Below are positions 17,529-25,944 of a stretch of DNA of 27,360 bases, one piece after another. Positions within the stretch are counted from its first letter, which is position 1. Every line of letters begins with the position of its first letter. The notes below the pieces were generated by a model. The model did no database searches. It saw only the letters and a program-made list of their open reading frames with translations, and was not told where the DNA came from. Location of the stretch: contig JBJTBB010000259.1 in NCBI GenBank assembly GCA_046091125.1, positions 1 to 27,360 on the forward strand, in the 5' to 3' direction. A program made the position numbers and the translations under genes. This DNA is from Planctomycetaceae bacterium (GTDB lineage Bacteria; Planctomycetota; Planctomycetia; Pirellulales; UBA1268).

Positions 17529-19802
17529 ATGCCAGACCTTTCGACACTACAGATCATCGTCGTCGTCCTGCCACTCCTTGGGGCACTGGCCTCGGTCGTG
17601 CTCGGACGCACGCTCGGACCACGGGCGCATCTGCCGGCTCTCGTAACACTCGGTGGAAGCTGCCTGGCGGCGCTTCTGATCCTCGCGTCCATGGCGAACG
17701 ACCACTCGTCGGCGGCCTCGGAATCGAGAAGTGGCGGCGGTGTGGAGCACATCACCACCCTCTGGAACTGGGCGACCATCGACGACGCGGCCGGCCCCTC
17801 GCCGCTCTCCCGATCGGCGGCCGATCCGGCCAGGCCGCTATCGTTCTCGATCCCCATTCAACTGAGGCTCGACCCGCTCACGGCCAGCATGCTCGCCGTG
17901 GTCACGTTCGTCGGCCTGCTCGTGGCCATCTATTCCATCGGCTACATGCACGGCGACCCAGGCTATCCACGCTTCTTCGCGCTGGTTTCGTTGTTCGTAT
18001 TCGCGATGACGATGCTCGTGAGCGACACTAACTTCCTGATCGTCTATGTCTTCTGGGAAGGTGTCGGAGCCTGCAGCTACCTCTTGATCGGCTTCTGGTT
18101 CGCCAAGCCCTCGGCCGCTGCAGCGGCGAAGAAGGCTTTTCTCGTCAATCGGGTAGGCGACTTCGGCCTGGCCATCGCCGCGTTTCTCATCTGGACGACC
18201 TACGGCACCCTCGACTTCCACGATTCCCCCCTGCCAGATGGTGGCACCGCGGTGGGACTGCTGGGCACGGCGCGGCTGCAGGAGGGTGCGGCGGGCGGCA
18301 TCGTGGCGGGCACCGTGGGTGCGGCGATCTGTCTCCTTCTGCTCCTTGCCGCCTGTGGCAAGAGTGCGCAGGTGCCCCTGCACGTCTGGCTGCCCGATGC
18401 GATGGAGGGCCCCACGCCCGCGAGCTCTCTCATCCATGCCGCCACGATGGTGACCGCTGGGGTCTACCTCGTTGCGCGTTCCGCGCCGCTCTTCGCACCC
18501 TGCCCGGGCGCACTGGCGGCCGTCTCACTCGTGGGCGGGATCACGGCCCTCGTCGCCGGGCTCGTCGCCACGGTGCAAAATGATCTCAAGCGAGTCCTCG
18601 CCTATTCGACGATCAGCCAACTCGGCTACATGTTCGTGAGCCTCGGCACCGGAACGCTCCTGGGCTTCACCGCCGCCATCTTCCATCTCGTGACGCATGC
18701 CTTTTTCAAGGCACTGCTCTTCATGGGCGCAGGGTCAGTGATGCACTCGATGGGTGGCGTGATCGACATGCGACGATTCGGGGGTCTGCGTCGTCTGATG
18801 CCGATCACCGCCGCGACCTTCCTGGTGGGTGCGTTCGCACTCGCGGGAGTGCCTCCCTTCGCTGGCTTTTTCAGCAAGGATGAAATCCTCGCCGCCGTCC
18901 ACGAAAAGTCTTACCCGGCCGGACACGGCGAGCACCACGAATCGTCACCGGTAGGGTCATCGCCGATGGGAAGGGCCTGGTTCACCTCGCACGCATCCCC
19001 TGCCGTCGGCGAGATAACGGCGCTCGATGCCCTCGATGCTCCAGCCACCTGGCGGATCATCTGGTGGATGGCGATCACCACGGCTGCGCTCACCGCGTTC
19101 TACACGTTCCGGGCGGTCTTCATGACCTTCACCGGCCCCGAAAGGGTCCCGGATGAGGCTTACGGCCATGGCCATGGCGGGGGTCATTCCCATGGAGGAA
19201 CCGACGCCCATGATCCGAATGCCTCGCATGGGCAGGCGTCTCACGTCGGTCCCCACGAATCTCCCAGGGTCATGACGCTTCCCCTGTTGATCCTCGCGGC
19301 GGCGTCCGCCATCGCAGGATGGTGGCTCTTCTCCACCCACGCGCTTGCCGATTTTCTCGCTGCAACGCCCTCCTTCGCCGCGCCCTCGATTGCGTCGACC
19401 GCCGTGCCGCATGCATTCCATTTCGACATCGCGATCCAGGGCACCCTGGCGGCCGCGGTCGGGATCGCCGTCGCGGCCCTGGGTCACTTTGGCCGCCGCA
19501 GCGACGGTCCCCAGATGGAACGATTCCTCGGTCCTTTCGGCTGGCTCTTTGCACAAGGGTTTCTGTTCGACCCGATCTATCGACTCCTCGTGGTACGTCC
19601 ACTCGCCATGCTTGCGACCCTGGCTGATCGAATCGATCGCCACGTCGTGGACGGTCTGGTTCACCTTGTGGCCGGCATTCCGGTCGTGGTCGGCACGATC
19701 GTTCGCCGCCTGCAGTCGGGCCTTCTCCAGCGGTATGCGGTCGCCGGCGCGGCTGGTGTGATTCTCATCGTGCTGGCCCTTGCGTGGAGGCTCAGGGGCT
19801 GA
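17529..19802 (+). CDS. nuoL: NADH-quinone oxidoreductase subunit L
   Basis: YSIGYMHGDPG, FWEGVG, KAFLVNRVGD, GKSAQVPLHVWLPDAMEGPTP, AYSTISQLGYM, HAFFKALLF, FFSKDEI. Confidence 0.96.
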   Translation: MPDLSTLQIIVVVLPLLGALASVVLGRTLGPRAHLPALVTLGGSCLAALLILASMANDHSSAASESRSGGGVEHITTLWNWATIDDAAGPSPLSRSAADPARPLSFSIPIQLRLDPLTASMLAVVTFVGLLVAIYSIGYMHGDPGYPRFFALVSLFVFAMTMLVSDTNFLIVYVFWEGVGACSYLLIGFWFAKPSAAAAAKKAFLVNRVGDFGLAIAAFLIWTTYGTLDFHDSPLPDGGTAVGLLGTARLQEGAAGGIVAGTVGAAICLLLLLAACGKSAQVPLHVWLPDAMEGPTPASSLIHAATMVTAGVYLVARSAPLFAPCPGALAAVSLVGGITALVAGLVATVQNDLKRVLAYSTISQLGYMFVSLGTGTLLGFTAAIFHLVTHAFFKALLFMGAGSVMHSMGGVIDMRRFGGLRRLMPITAATFLVGAFALAGVPPFAGFFSKDEILAAVHEKSYPAGHGEHHESSPVGSSPMGRAWFTSHASPAVGEITALDALDAPATWRIIWWMAITTAALTAFYTFRAVFMTFTGPERVPDEAYGHGHGGGHSHGGTDAHDPNASHGQASHVGPHESPRVMTLPLLILAAASAIAGWWLFSTHALADFLAATPSFAAPSIASTAVPHAFHFDIAIQGTLAAAVGIAVAALGHFGRRSDGPQMERFLGPFGWLFAQGFLFDPIYRLLVVRPLAMLATLADRIDRHVVDGLVHLVAGIPVVVGTIVRRLQSGLLQRYAVAGAAGVILIVLALAWRLRG

Positions 19803-19818
19803 CCCCGGTGTTGCGACC

Positions 19819-21531
19819 ATGCTGTCCCTCTCGACCCATCTGCTCCTGACGCTGGTTTCGCCTCTGGTCGGTGCCGTGCTTGCCTGGCTATCAGGCTCCG
19901 GCGGCCGTTCGGCGGTGCGGCAAAGCGCACTGGTGACGACACTCGTGACGCTGGCCCTTGCGGGCACGCTCGTGACACGCTGCCTTGAAAGCCCTGAATT
20001 CGCAGCCGGCGAGGCCGTGGCTGTATCGAGCGCCGAATGGCTCGTGACCTCTCCCGATCGCACGGGCGACGGCGGCGGCGTTCTCGATGTCCGGCTCTCG
20101 ATCGGGCTCGACGGGCTGTCCATCTGGCTGTTCGCACTGGCCGCCCTCTTATCGCTGACCGCCGTGCTCGTCAGTTGGGAGGCCGTGACGGAGAAGGCCG
20201 TCGGGTTCTACATAATGCTGCTGGTGCTCGAGGCTGCGATGCTCGGTGTGTTCGCAGCACGTGACGTGATTCTCTTTTACGTGTTCTTCGAATTCACGCT
20301 CGTGCCGCTCTTTTTCCTGATCGGCATCTGGGGTCACGACGATCGCCGTCGGGCCGCCGTTACTTTTTTTCTCTACACCCTTGCCGGCAGCGTGCTGTCG
20401 TTCCTCGGTCTGCTGACCATCGTGATCTGGAATGCCTCGCGCACGGGCACGCTCTCCTTCGACATCGAGACGCTCGCAGCCGGACTGGCCGCCCATCCGT
20501 TACCGATGACGGCCGAATCGGGCTGGCTGCAGATGTGGGTGTTTCTCGCGCTCTTCGCCGGGTTCGCCGTGAAGGTGCCGATCGTCCCTTTCCACACATG
20601 GCTTCCGCTCGCTCACGTCGAAGCTCCCACCGGCGGAAGCGTCGACCTGGCCGGAGTCCTCCTGAAGATCGGAATCTACGGGTTCCTGCGATTCTCGCTG
20701 CCGATGCTCCCGGATGCCGCCGCGGCCGCGGCGCCATGGCTCGTGGGACTCGGTGTCGTGGGCATCCTCTATGGCGCGCTCGTGGCGCTCGTGCAGACGG
20801 ATCTCAAGAGACTCGTCGCTTACTCGAGCGTGAGTCACATGGGTTACTGCGTGATGGGACTCTTCGCGCTCGAGCCCGTCGCGATCGAGGGGGCGAATCT
20901 GCAGCTGATCAATCATGGACTCTCCTCGGCGGGTCTATTCGCCGTGGTTGGAATGATCTACGAGCGCTACCACACTCGGTCCATCTCCCGCCTCGGTGGA
21001 ATTGCCTCGTCGACACCATGGCTGGCGGTGGTCTTCATGGTCTTCACGTTCTCGGCCGTCGGGCTACCGGGACTCAACGGGTTCGTCGGAGAGTTCCTGA
21101 TCCTTGCGGGGACGTTCCAGCGGGCATGGACCGCTCCGCCGCCGATGCTCGCGGCGACCTACCTCACGATGGCTGTCGCGGCGGTGACTGGGGTGGTGCT
21201 CGGCGCTTGGTACATGCTGTGGGCTGCGGAACGCGTGCTGTTCGGACGGTCCGTATCCTCGGATTCGGGCCACTCGCCGACCGACTCCGGCCACCACGCT
21301 GAAGCGACGCCCGATGCCGTCAAGATGGATCTCCGCTGGCACGAATGGGGGGCGATCGCGCCCCTGATGTTCCTCGTGCTTTGGATCGGCCTGTTTCCCT
21401 CGACGTTCCTGCGGCCCGTCGCACCAGCAGTCCGTCGGGCCACTGACGCAGGTTGCGAATCCTTCGCGAAACGCATCGAGGCCGAGCGCGGCAAAACGCC
21501 CGTCCCACTCGTCCATCGGAGCTATCGATGA
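19819..21531 (+). CDS. nuoM: NADH-quinone oxidoreductase subunit M
   Basis: FFEFTLVPLFFLIG, FAVKVPIVPFHTWLPLAHVEAP, LLKIGIYG, AYSSVSHMG, GLPGLNGFVGEF. Start set at ATG 19819. Confidence 0.96.
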   Translation: MLSLSTHLLLTLVSPLVGAVLAWLSGSGGRSAVRQSALVTTLVTLALAGTLVTRCLESPEFAAGEAVAVSSAEWLVTSPDRTGDGGGVLDVRLSIGLDGLSIWLFALAALLSLTAVLVSWEAVTEKAVGFYIMLLVLEAAMLGVFAARDVILFYVFFEFTLVPLFFLIGIWGHDDRRRAAVTFFLYTLAGSVLSFLGLLTIVIWNASRTGTLSFDIETLAAGLAAHPLPMTAESGWLQMWVFLALFAGFAVKVPIVPFHTWLPLAHVEAPTGGSVDLAGVLLKIGIYGFLRFSLPMLPDAAAAAAPWLVGLGVVGILYGALVALVQTDLKRLVAYSSVSHMGYCVMGLFALEPVAIEGANLQLINHGLSSAGLFAVVGMIYERYHTRSISRLGGIASSTPWLAVVFMVFTFSAVGLPGLNGFVGEFLILAGTFQRAWTAPPPMLAATYLTMAVAAVTGVVLGAWYMLWAAERVLFGRSVSSDSGHSPTDSGHHAEATPDAVKMDLRWHEWGAIAPLMFLVLWIGLFPSTFLRPVAPAVRRATDAGCESFAKRIEAERGKTPVPLVHRSYR

Positions 21532-23180
21532 TCTCTTCCGACACGCTCTCTGCGCTCCTGCCGGAGATCGTTCTCGTCGCCGCGGCGGTCGCGATCTTCC
21601 TGGCCGGTCCATTCGCCGGCTGGCGTGCGGGATGGACGCTCGCCGTCGTAGCCATCGCGATGGCTCTTTCCCTGTCTGCCAGCGGCAAGGGACATGTCGA
21701 TCCGGTCGTGGTGATCGACCCGTTTGCCTCGTGGGTGCGACTGGCGGTGCTTTCGATCGGTGGACTCGTAGCCCTGGCTCTCGCAGGTGACGTCCGCCCA
21801 CCTTCCGTGAAGCGGCTGGGAACCTGCGAGGAGGCGGCCACGTTCCTCGTACTGCTCGCAGGCCTTTCACTGGTGGGGGCGGCGCAGGATATCGCGCTGC
21901 TGTTCATCGGACTGGAGCTGGTCTCCGTGCCCACGTACGTACTGCTGGGGCTGGCCCGCACGGCCCCGCGGGGTCAGGAAGCGTCGATGAAGTATTTCTT
22001 CCTCTCGCTGCTGGCATCCGCCTTCTTTCTCTACTCACTCGTATGCCTCTACGGGATCGGTGGCTCGACGGCCCTCTCGACGATCGGCGAGCGGCTGAGG
22101 GACGACGGGGCGGCTCCCCTGGCCGCCGCGATGCTGCCCGTGGCGATCGGTATGGGCCTGGCAGGCGCGGCCTTCCGCATGGCTGCGGTGCCCATGCACT
22201 TTTACGCTCCCGACGTCTACGAGGGCACGAGCACGCCCATGGCCGGCCTACTCTCCACGCTTCCGAAACTGGCGGGCATCGTCGTGCTCATCCGGCTGGT
22301 GTCGCTCGCAACGGGTCCCGGAACGTCCGGCGGTGTGGCCTATGCCTGGGAAGGGCTGTTCTGGCAGATGACCGCGATCCTTGCGGCGTTGACGATGACC
22401 GTCGGAAACGTCATGGCGCTCATGCAGTCGAACCTCCGACGGCTTCTGGCCTGTTCGTCTATCGCGCATGCCGGCTATCTGCTGGTGGGCGTCGCCGCGG
22501 CCGCGGCCGCCGATGCCTCGGGCAACGGCGAGCCATCATCGCGGGGAAACTGGGCTGTCCTCGATGGTGCCGCAGCCTCGCTTTTCTACCTCGCAACCTA
22601 CATGCTCGCGACGGCAGGCGTGTTCGCCGGCATCACCTATCTGGGCCATCGTTGGCCACTCTGGACCGCCGCCAACCCGAGGCCTGCCAGGGAGGAGGTC
22701 GCGAACGTCTCCGATCTGGATGGCCTGGCCGCCACCAATCCGGTCGTCGCCTTCGCACTCGCCCTCTTCCTCCTGAGCTTGGCCGGCATTCCCCCCCTGC
22801 CGGGATTCTGGGGAAAACTGTCGCTCGTGTTCTCCTCGCTTGAGATCGACTGGAGTGGCGCAGGCGGGCTGGGATCAAAGCGGGCCTGGTTCATCTCACT
22901 GACGGTGGTGCTCGTGGCCAATGCCGCGATCGCAGCCGCCTACTACCTGCGGATCATCTCGGCGATGTACTTCCGGCCCAATGACCGCGGCGTCCAGGCC
23001 GACGGAGGCTTGTCAGCGGGCTTGGCCATGCTCGCCGCACTGGCGGCGGTCATCGGTTTGACCGTGGCTCCAGGCCGCCTGTTCGAGTCTTCGAGTCAGG
23101 CCGGGGCGGCGGCTGTCGCGCCTTCGGTTGAACCGCCCGCGACCACCGCGGGCGCAGACCTTGCCGGGAGCGGGTCATGA
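21528..23180 (+). CDS. nuoN: NADH-quinone oxidoreductase subunit N
   Basis: GLELVSVPTYVL, EASMKYF, VPMHFYAPDVYEG, PKLAG, SSIAHAGY, LSLAGIPPLPGFWGK, YYLRII. ATGA overlap with nuoM. Confidence 0.95.
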   Translation: MISSDTLSALLPEIVLVAAAVAIFLAGPFAGWRAGWTLAVVAIAMALSLSASGKGHVDPVVVIDPFASWVRLAVLSIGGLVALALAGDVRPPSVKRLGTCEEAATFLVLLAGLSLVGAAQDIALLFIGLELVSVPTYVLLGLARTAPRGQEASMKYFFLSLLASAFFLYSLVCLYGIGGSTALSTIGERLRDDGAAPLAAAMLPVAIGMGLAGAAFRMAAVPMHFYAPDVYEGTSTPMAGLLSTLPKLAGIVVLIRLVSLATGPGTSGGVAYAWEGLFWQMTAILAALTMTVGNVMALMQSNLRRLLACSSIAHAGYLLVGVAAAAAADASGNGEPSSRGNWAVLDGAAASLFYLATYMLATAGVFAGITYLGHRWPLWTAANPRPAREEVANVSDLDGLAATNPVVAFALALFLLSLAGIPPLPGFWGKLSLVFSSLEIDWSGAGGLGSKRAWFISLTVVLVANAAIAAAYYLRIISAMYFRPNDRGVQADGGLSAGLAMLAALAAVIGLTVAPGRLFESSSQAGAAAVAPSVEPPATTAGADLAGSGS

Positions 23181-24277
23181 CCGCGCCCGACCGACGCGCC
23201 ATCGAGGTCGCCATCGGGGATCTCGCCGATCCCGAGACTGGACGCCCCATTGGAGAAACCGGCCAGATCCGCTCAATCGACCTTTCACACGACGGTACGA
23301 TCCGGGTCGTGCTTGGACTCACGACCCATTCGTCGATGCTTTGGCGGGTCGTGTCCGGCAGGGTCGAAGAACTGCTTCGCGCCCGCTTTCCGACAGTGGC
23401 CGTGGAGGTCGTCGTGGAGGTTTTCGATCGTGCCCCTCCGAAACTCGGCCAGATCGGACTCGAGGCCAAGACGGTGATCGCCGTCGGAAGTGGAAAGGGC
23501 GGCGTGGGAAAGAGCACGATCGCCACCGCCATCGCGATCGGACTGGCCCGAGCGGGCAGTCGCACGGGACTGCTGGACGCGGACGTCTACGGACCGAGCG
23601 TTCCTCATCTGCTCGGGCTTTCCGGCCGGCCCCAGATCGAGGACGGGAAGATCGTCCCGGTACGGCTCTCGATCGATCGAGCTGGCAGCGGCTCCGCGTT
23701 GCTTCCGGTAATGTCGATGGGGTTCATGGTTCCTCCGGGAGAGGCCGTCGTCTGGCGGGGTCCCATGCTGCACGGCGCCATCACGCAGATGCTCCGCGAC
23801 ACCGCCTGGGGGCCACTCGACTACCTCGTGATCGACATGCCTCCGGGCACCGGCGACATCGCGCTGTCGCTGTCCCAGGTCCTACCGCTCACCGGCGCCG
23901 TGGTCGTCTGTACTCCGCAGGACGTGGCCCTGCTCGATGCCATGAAGGCGATCGCGATGTTTCGAAAAGTGAACATCCCGCTCCTGGGCATGGTCGAGAA
24001 CATGAGCTATTTTGCCTGTCCCGACACGGGCAAGCGGTACGACATCTTCGGAACGGGCGGGGCGAAAAGAACGGCGGCCGTTTTCGACATTCGCTTCCTC
24101 GGCGAGGTCCCGATCCAAATCCCGATCCGGGAACATGGCGACGCCGGCAGATCCTCGGCGAATTACGACGACCCCGCCACCCGTCCGTATCTCGAGGCAA
24201 TCTGCGAGCGACTGGTCACTGGACTGGCTGCTTCGGTAGCCAGTCGCCCCCCCCTGCCGAGCCTTCCTGTGCTCTAG
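23177..24277 (+). CDS. mrp: Mrp/ApbC/NBP35 family iron-sulfur cluster carrier ATPase with N-terminal MIP18/DUF59-like domain
   Basis: Deviant Walker A SGKGGVGKST, LLDADVYGPS, VWRGPM, DYLVIDMPPGTGD, VVCTPQ, GMVENMSYF. ATGA overlap with nuoN. Confidence 0.95.
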   Translation: MTAPDRRAIEVAIGDLADPETGRPIGETGQIRSIDLSHDGTIRVVLGLTTHSSMLWRVVSGRVEELLRARFPTVAVEVVVEVFDRAPPKLGQIGLEAKTVIAVGSGKGGVGKSTIATAIAIGLARAGSRTGLLDADVYGPSVPHLLGLSGRPQIEDGKIVPVRLSIDRAGSGSALLPVMSMGFMVPPGEAVVWRGPMLHGAITQMLRDTAWGPLDYLVIDMPPGTGDIALSLSQVLPLTGAVVVCTPQDVALLDAMKAIAMFRKVNIPLLGMVENMSYFACPDTGKRYDIFGTGGAKRTAAVFDIRFLGEVPIQIPIREHGDAGRSSANYDDPATRPYLEAICERLVTGLAASVASRPPLPSLPVL

Positions 24278-24278
24278 G

Positions 24279-24312
24279 CACCGAGCATCGCCGATTCGTT
24301 TCGATGCTGGTG
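24279..24312. terminator. Hairpin between convergent mrp and SGNH genes, possible bidirectional terminator
   Basis: CACC(G)AGCATCG-N11-CGATGCTGGTG begins 2 nt after the mrp stop. No clear U-tract. Confidence 0.4.
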
Positions 24313-24327
24313 GGTGACCGGCCCCTC

Positions 24328-25134
24328 TCAAAAAAACGACATCCGACTGTGCCCGTCGAGATGGACGGCAGGCTGCGCCGTCAAGCGGACGAATCCACCG
24401 AGCGACCGCACCTCCGCCGCAGAAAGCCCCAGACGCACTCGATCCAGCGGCCGGCGCACGGGGCGTCCGTCGCCGAGCACCCAGGCGTTGGCCACGCGGC
24501 TCCAGAGTGCCGGAAGCCATCGGCGGCGGACATGGATCGCGTCGAGTCCGTACCAATCGCCCGGCTGTTCGATAACCGGACGGCCGTAGGCGGTGGCGAT
24601 CTCCACGACACGACGATCGAGCGACTCGGCACGAAGAAGAAGTTCTTCGAGGCCCATCCGGCAACCGGGCACGTACAACGTGCGAAGCGCGGCGTATTGC
24701 AGTCGGCTCACACTCCGAATGCTCGCCATTGGAAGCCGTGTCACCACGGACTGGATGCCCAACGCGGTGAGCCGGCGGAGGCACTCCTCGACCCACGAGG
24801 CGACCTGGTCGACGTCGAAGCCATACAGGAGGTCGTTGCCGATGTCGGTGATGATCGCCCTGGCCATCGGACGGTCCCTCACGGAGAAACCTCGCTCGAT
24901 GCCGCGCCACAGACCACACCAGAGGATCGACGGCAACCGACGCATCCAGACACGGCTGTTGGCCCCGTACGAGCGGCCGTGACCGGCCGCTATGAACCAG
25001 TCGGCCGCTCCCAACCTCCTCCCGCGAACGGTCGCCACCAGATGCGGCAATCCTCGCGAAAGATTGCTCGCTCCGATCGCGATCAGCATCGGTGACGGTT
25101 CGACGGCGGATTCCGACGTGTGACCACGTTCCAT
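24328..25134 (-). CDS. SGNH/GDSL-like hydrolase (uncharacterised), 268 aa
   Basis: Block I-like IGASNL, block III-like ITDIGNDL, block V-like GLDAIH. Start set at ATG 25134, 10 nt after the protease stop. Confidence 0.65.
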   Translation of the reverse strand: MERGHTSESAVEPSPMLIAIGASNLSRGLPHLVATVRGRRLGAADWFIAAGHGRSYGANSRVWMRRLPSILWCGLWRGIERGFSVRDRPMARAIITDIGNDLLYGFDVDQVASWVEECLRRLTALGIQSVVTRLPMASIRSVSRLQYAALRTLYVPGCRMGLEELLLRAESLDRRVVEIATAYGRPVIEQPGDWYGLDAIHVRRRWLPALWSRVANAWVLGDGRPVRRPLDRVRLGLSAAEVRSLGGFVRLTAQPAVHLDGHSRMSFF

Positions 25135-25144
25135 GGCGGGAGGC

Positions 25145-25897
25145 CTAGCGGCCGAGTCCCTGGATGCACGAGGCGGCGAGCATGAAGAACAGCATCGCGA
25201 GGTATGTCTGGCCGGACGTGATACCCCAGAGCCCAACCAGGCAACCGCAGGCCGCTCCGATCACCAGTGCGGTCCGGTTCGCCGACGGAACACCGACCCA
25301 AACGAGTCCTTCGCGCACGATCTGACCGCCGTCGAGGGGTGGCACCGGCAACAGGTTGAGCAGGGGCCAGAACACGTTCACTGAAAGGGCGAACTCGATG
25401 ATCGTTTCGATCAACGGTGACGGAATGAGACGTCCGTCGTAGAGCCCGAGCGTCAATGCGACCGACTCGATCGGAAATGGTGCCTCGTATCCACCCAACC
25501 GGAGAACGATGACGATCGCCGCCGCCAGTGACAACTGCATCAGAGGCCCGGCAGCCGAGACGGCCACCTGTCGCCCGGCTGAAAGGTTGCGGCGGCCCCA
25601 GTTCTGGCTCGTGGTGAGCCCGCCAAGGTGGTACAGGACGATCCGTGCGGGTCTGCCAAAGGCCTTCCAGGCCAGGGCGTGGCCAACCTCGTGCACCAGA
25701 ATCGATACAAACACCACCGCCGTCCAGGCTACCAGCAGCCGCAGCAATTCCCGTTGATCACCGCCGGAAAGGGATTGGCATTGGCCCCATCCCAGCAGAG
25801 CGGCTCCAGCCCAGAACCAGGCGGACACGCGCACCGGCACATCGGCCAGTGAAAAGTGAAGGTCGGCGGGTGTGGGCTGCGGCTCTGCGAGCAGCAT
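25145..25897 (-). CDS. Site-2 protease family (M50) intramembrane zinc metalloprotease, no PDZ domain seen
   Basis: HEVGH (HExxH), VSAAGP, NLLPVPPLDGG and several hydrophobic segments. Confidence 0.9.
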   Translation of the reverse strand: MLLAEPQPTPADLHFSLADVPVRVSAWFWAGAALLGWGQCQSLSGGDQRELLRLLVAWTAVVFVSILVHEVGHALAWKAFGRPARIVLYHLGGLTTSQNWGRRNLSAGRQVAVSAAGPLMQLSLAAAIVIVLRLGGYEAPFPIESVALTLGLYDGRLIPSPLIETIIEFALSVNVFWPLLNLLPVPPLDGGQIVREGLVWVGVPSANRTALVIGAACGCLVGLWGITSGQTYLAMLFFMLAASCIQGLGR

Positions 25898-25944
25898 GGC
25901 GTGCGTATGACCCTGGGAAAACGTCGCAAGTGTATGCGATTTCC

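Noticed and set aside
23128-25095. 655-aa plus-strand ORF
   Set aside because: Off-frame over mrp and antisense to the SGNH gene; low-complexity Arg/Pro/Gly composition.
25905-25940. Small hairpin and TACACT -10-like hexamer upstream of the site-2 protease
   Set aside because: Only a 5-bp stem and no credible -35; not distinguishable from chance.
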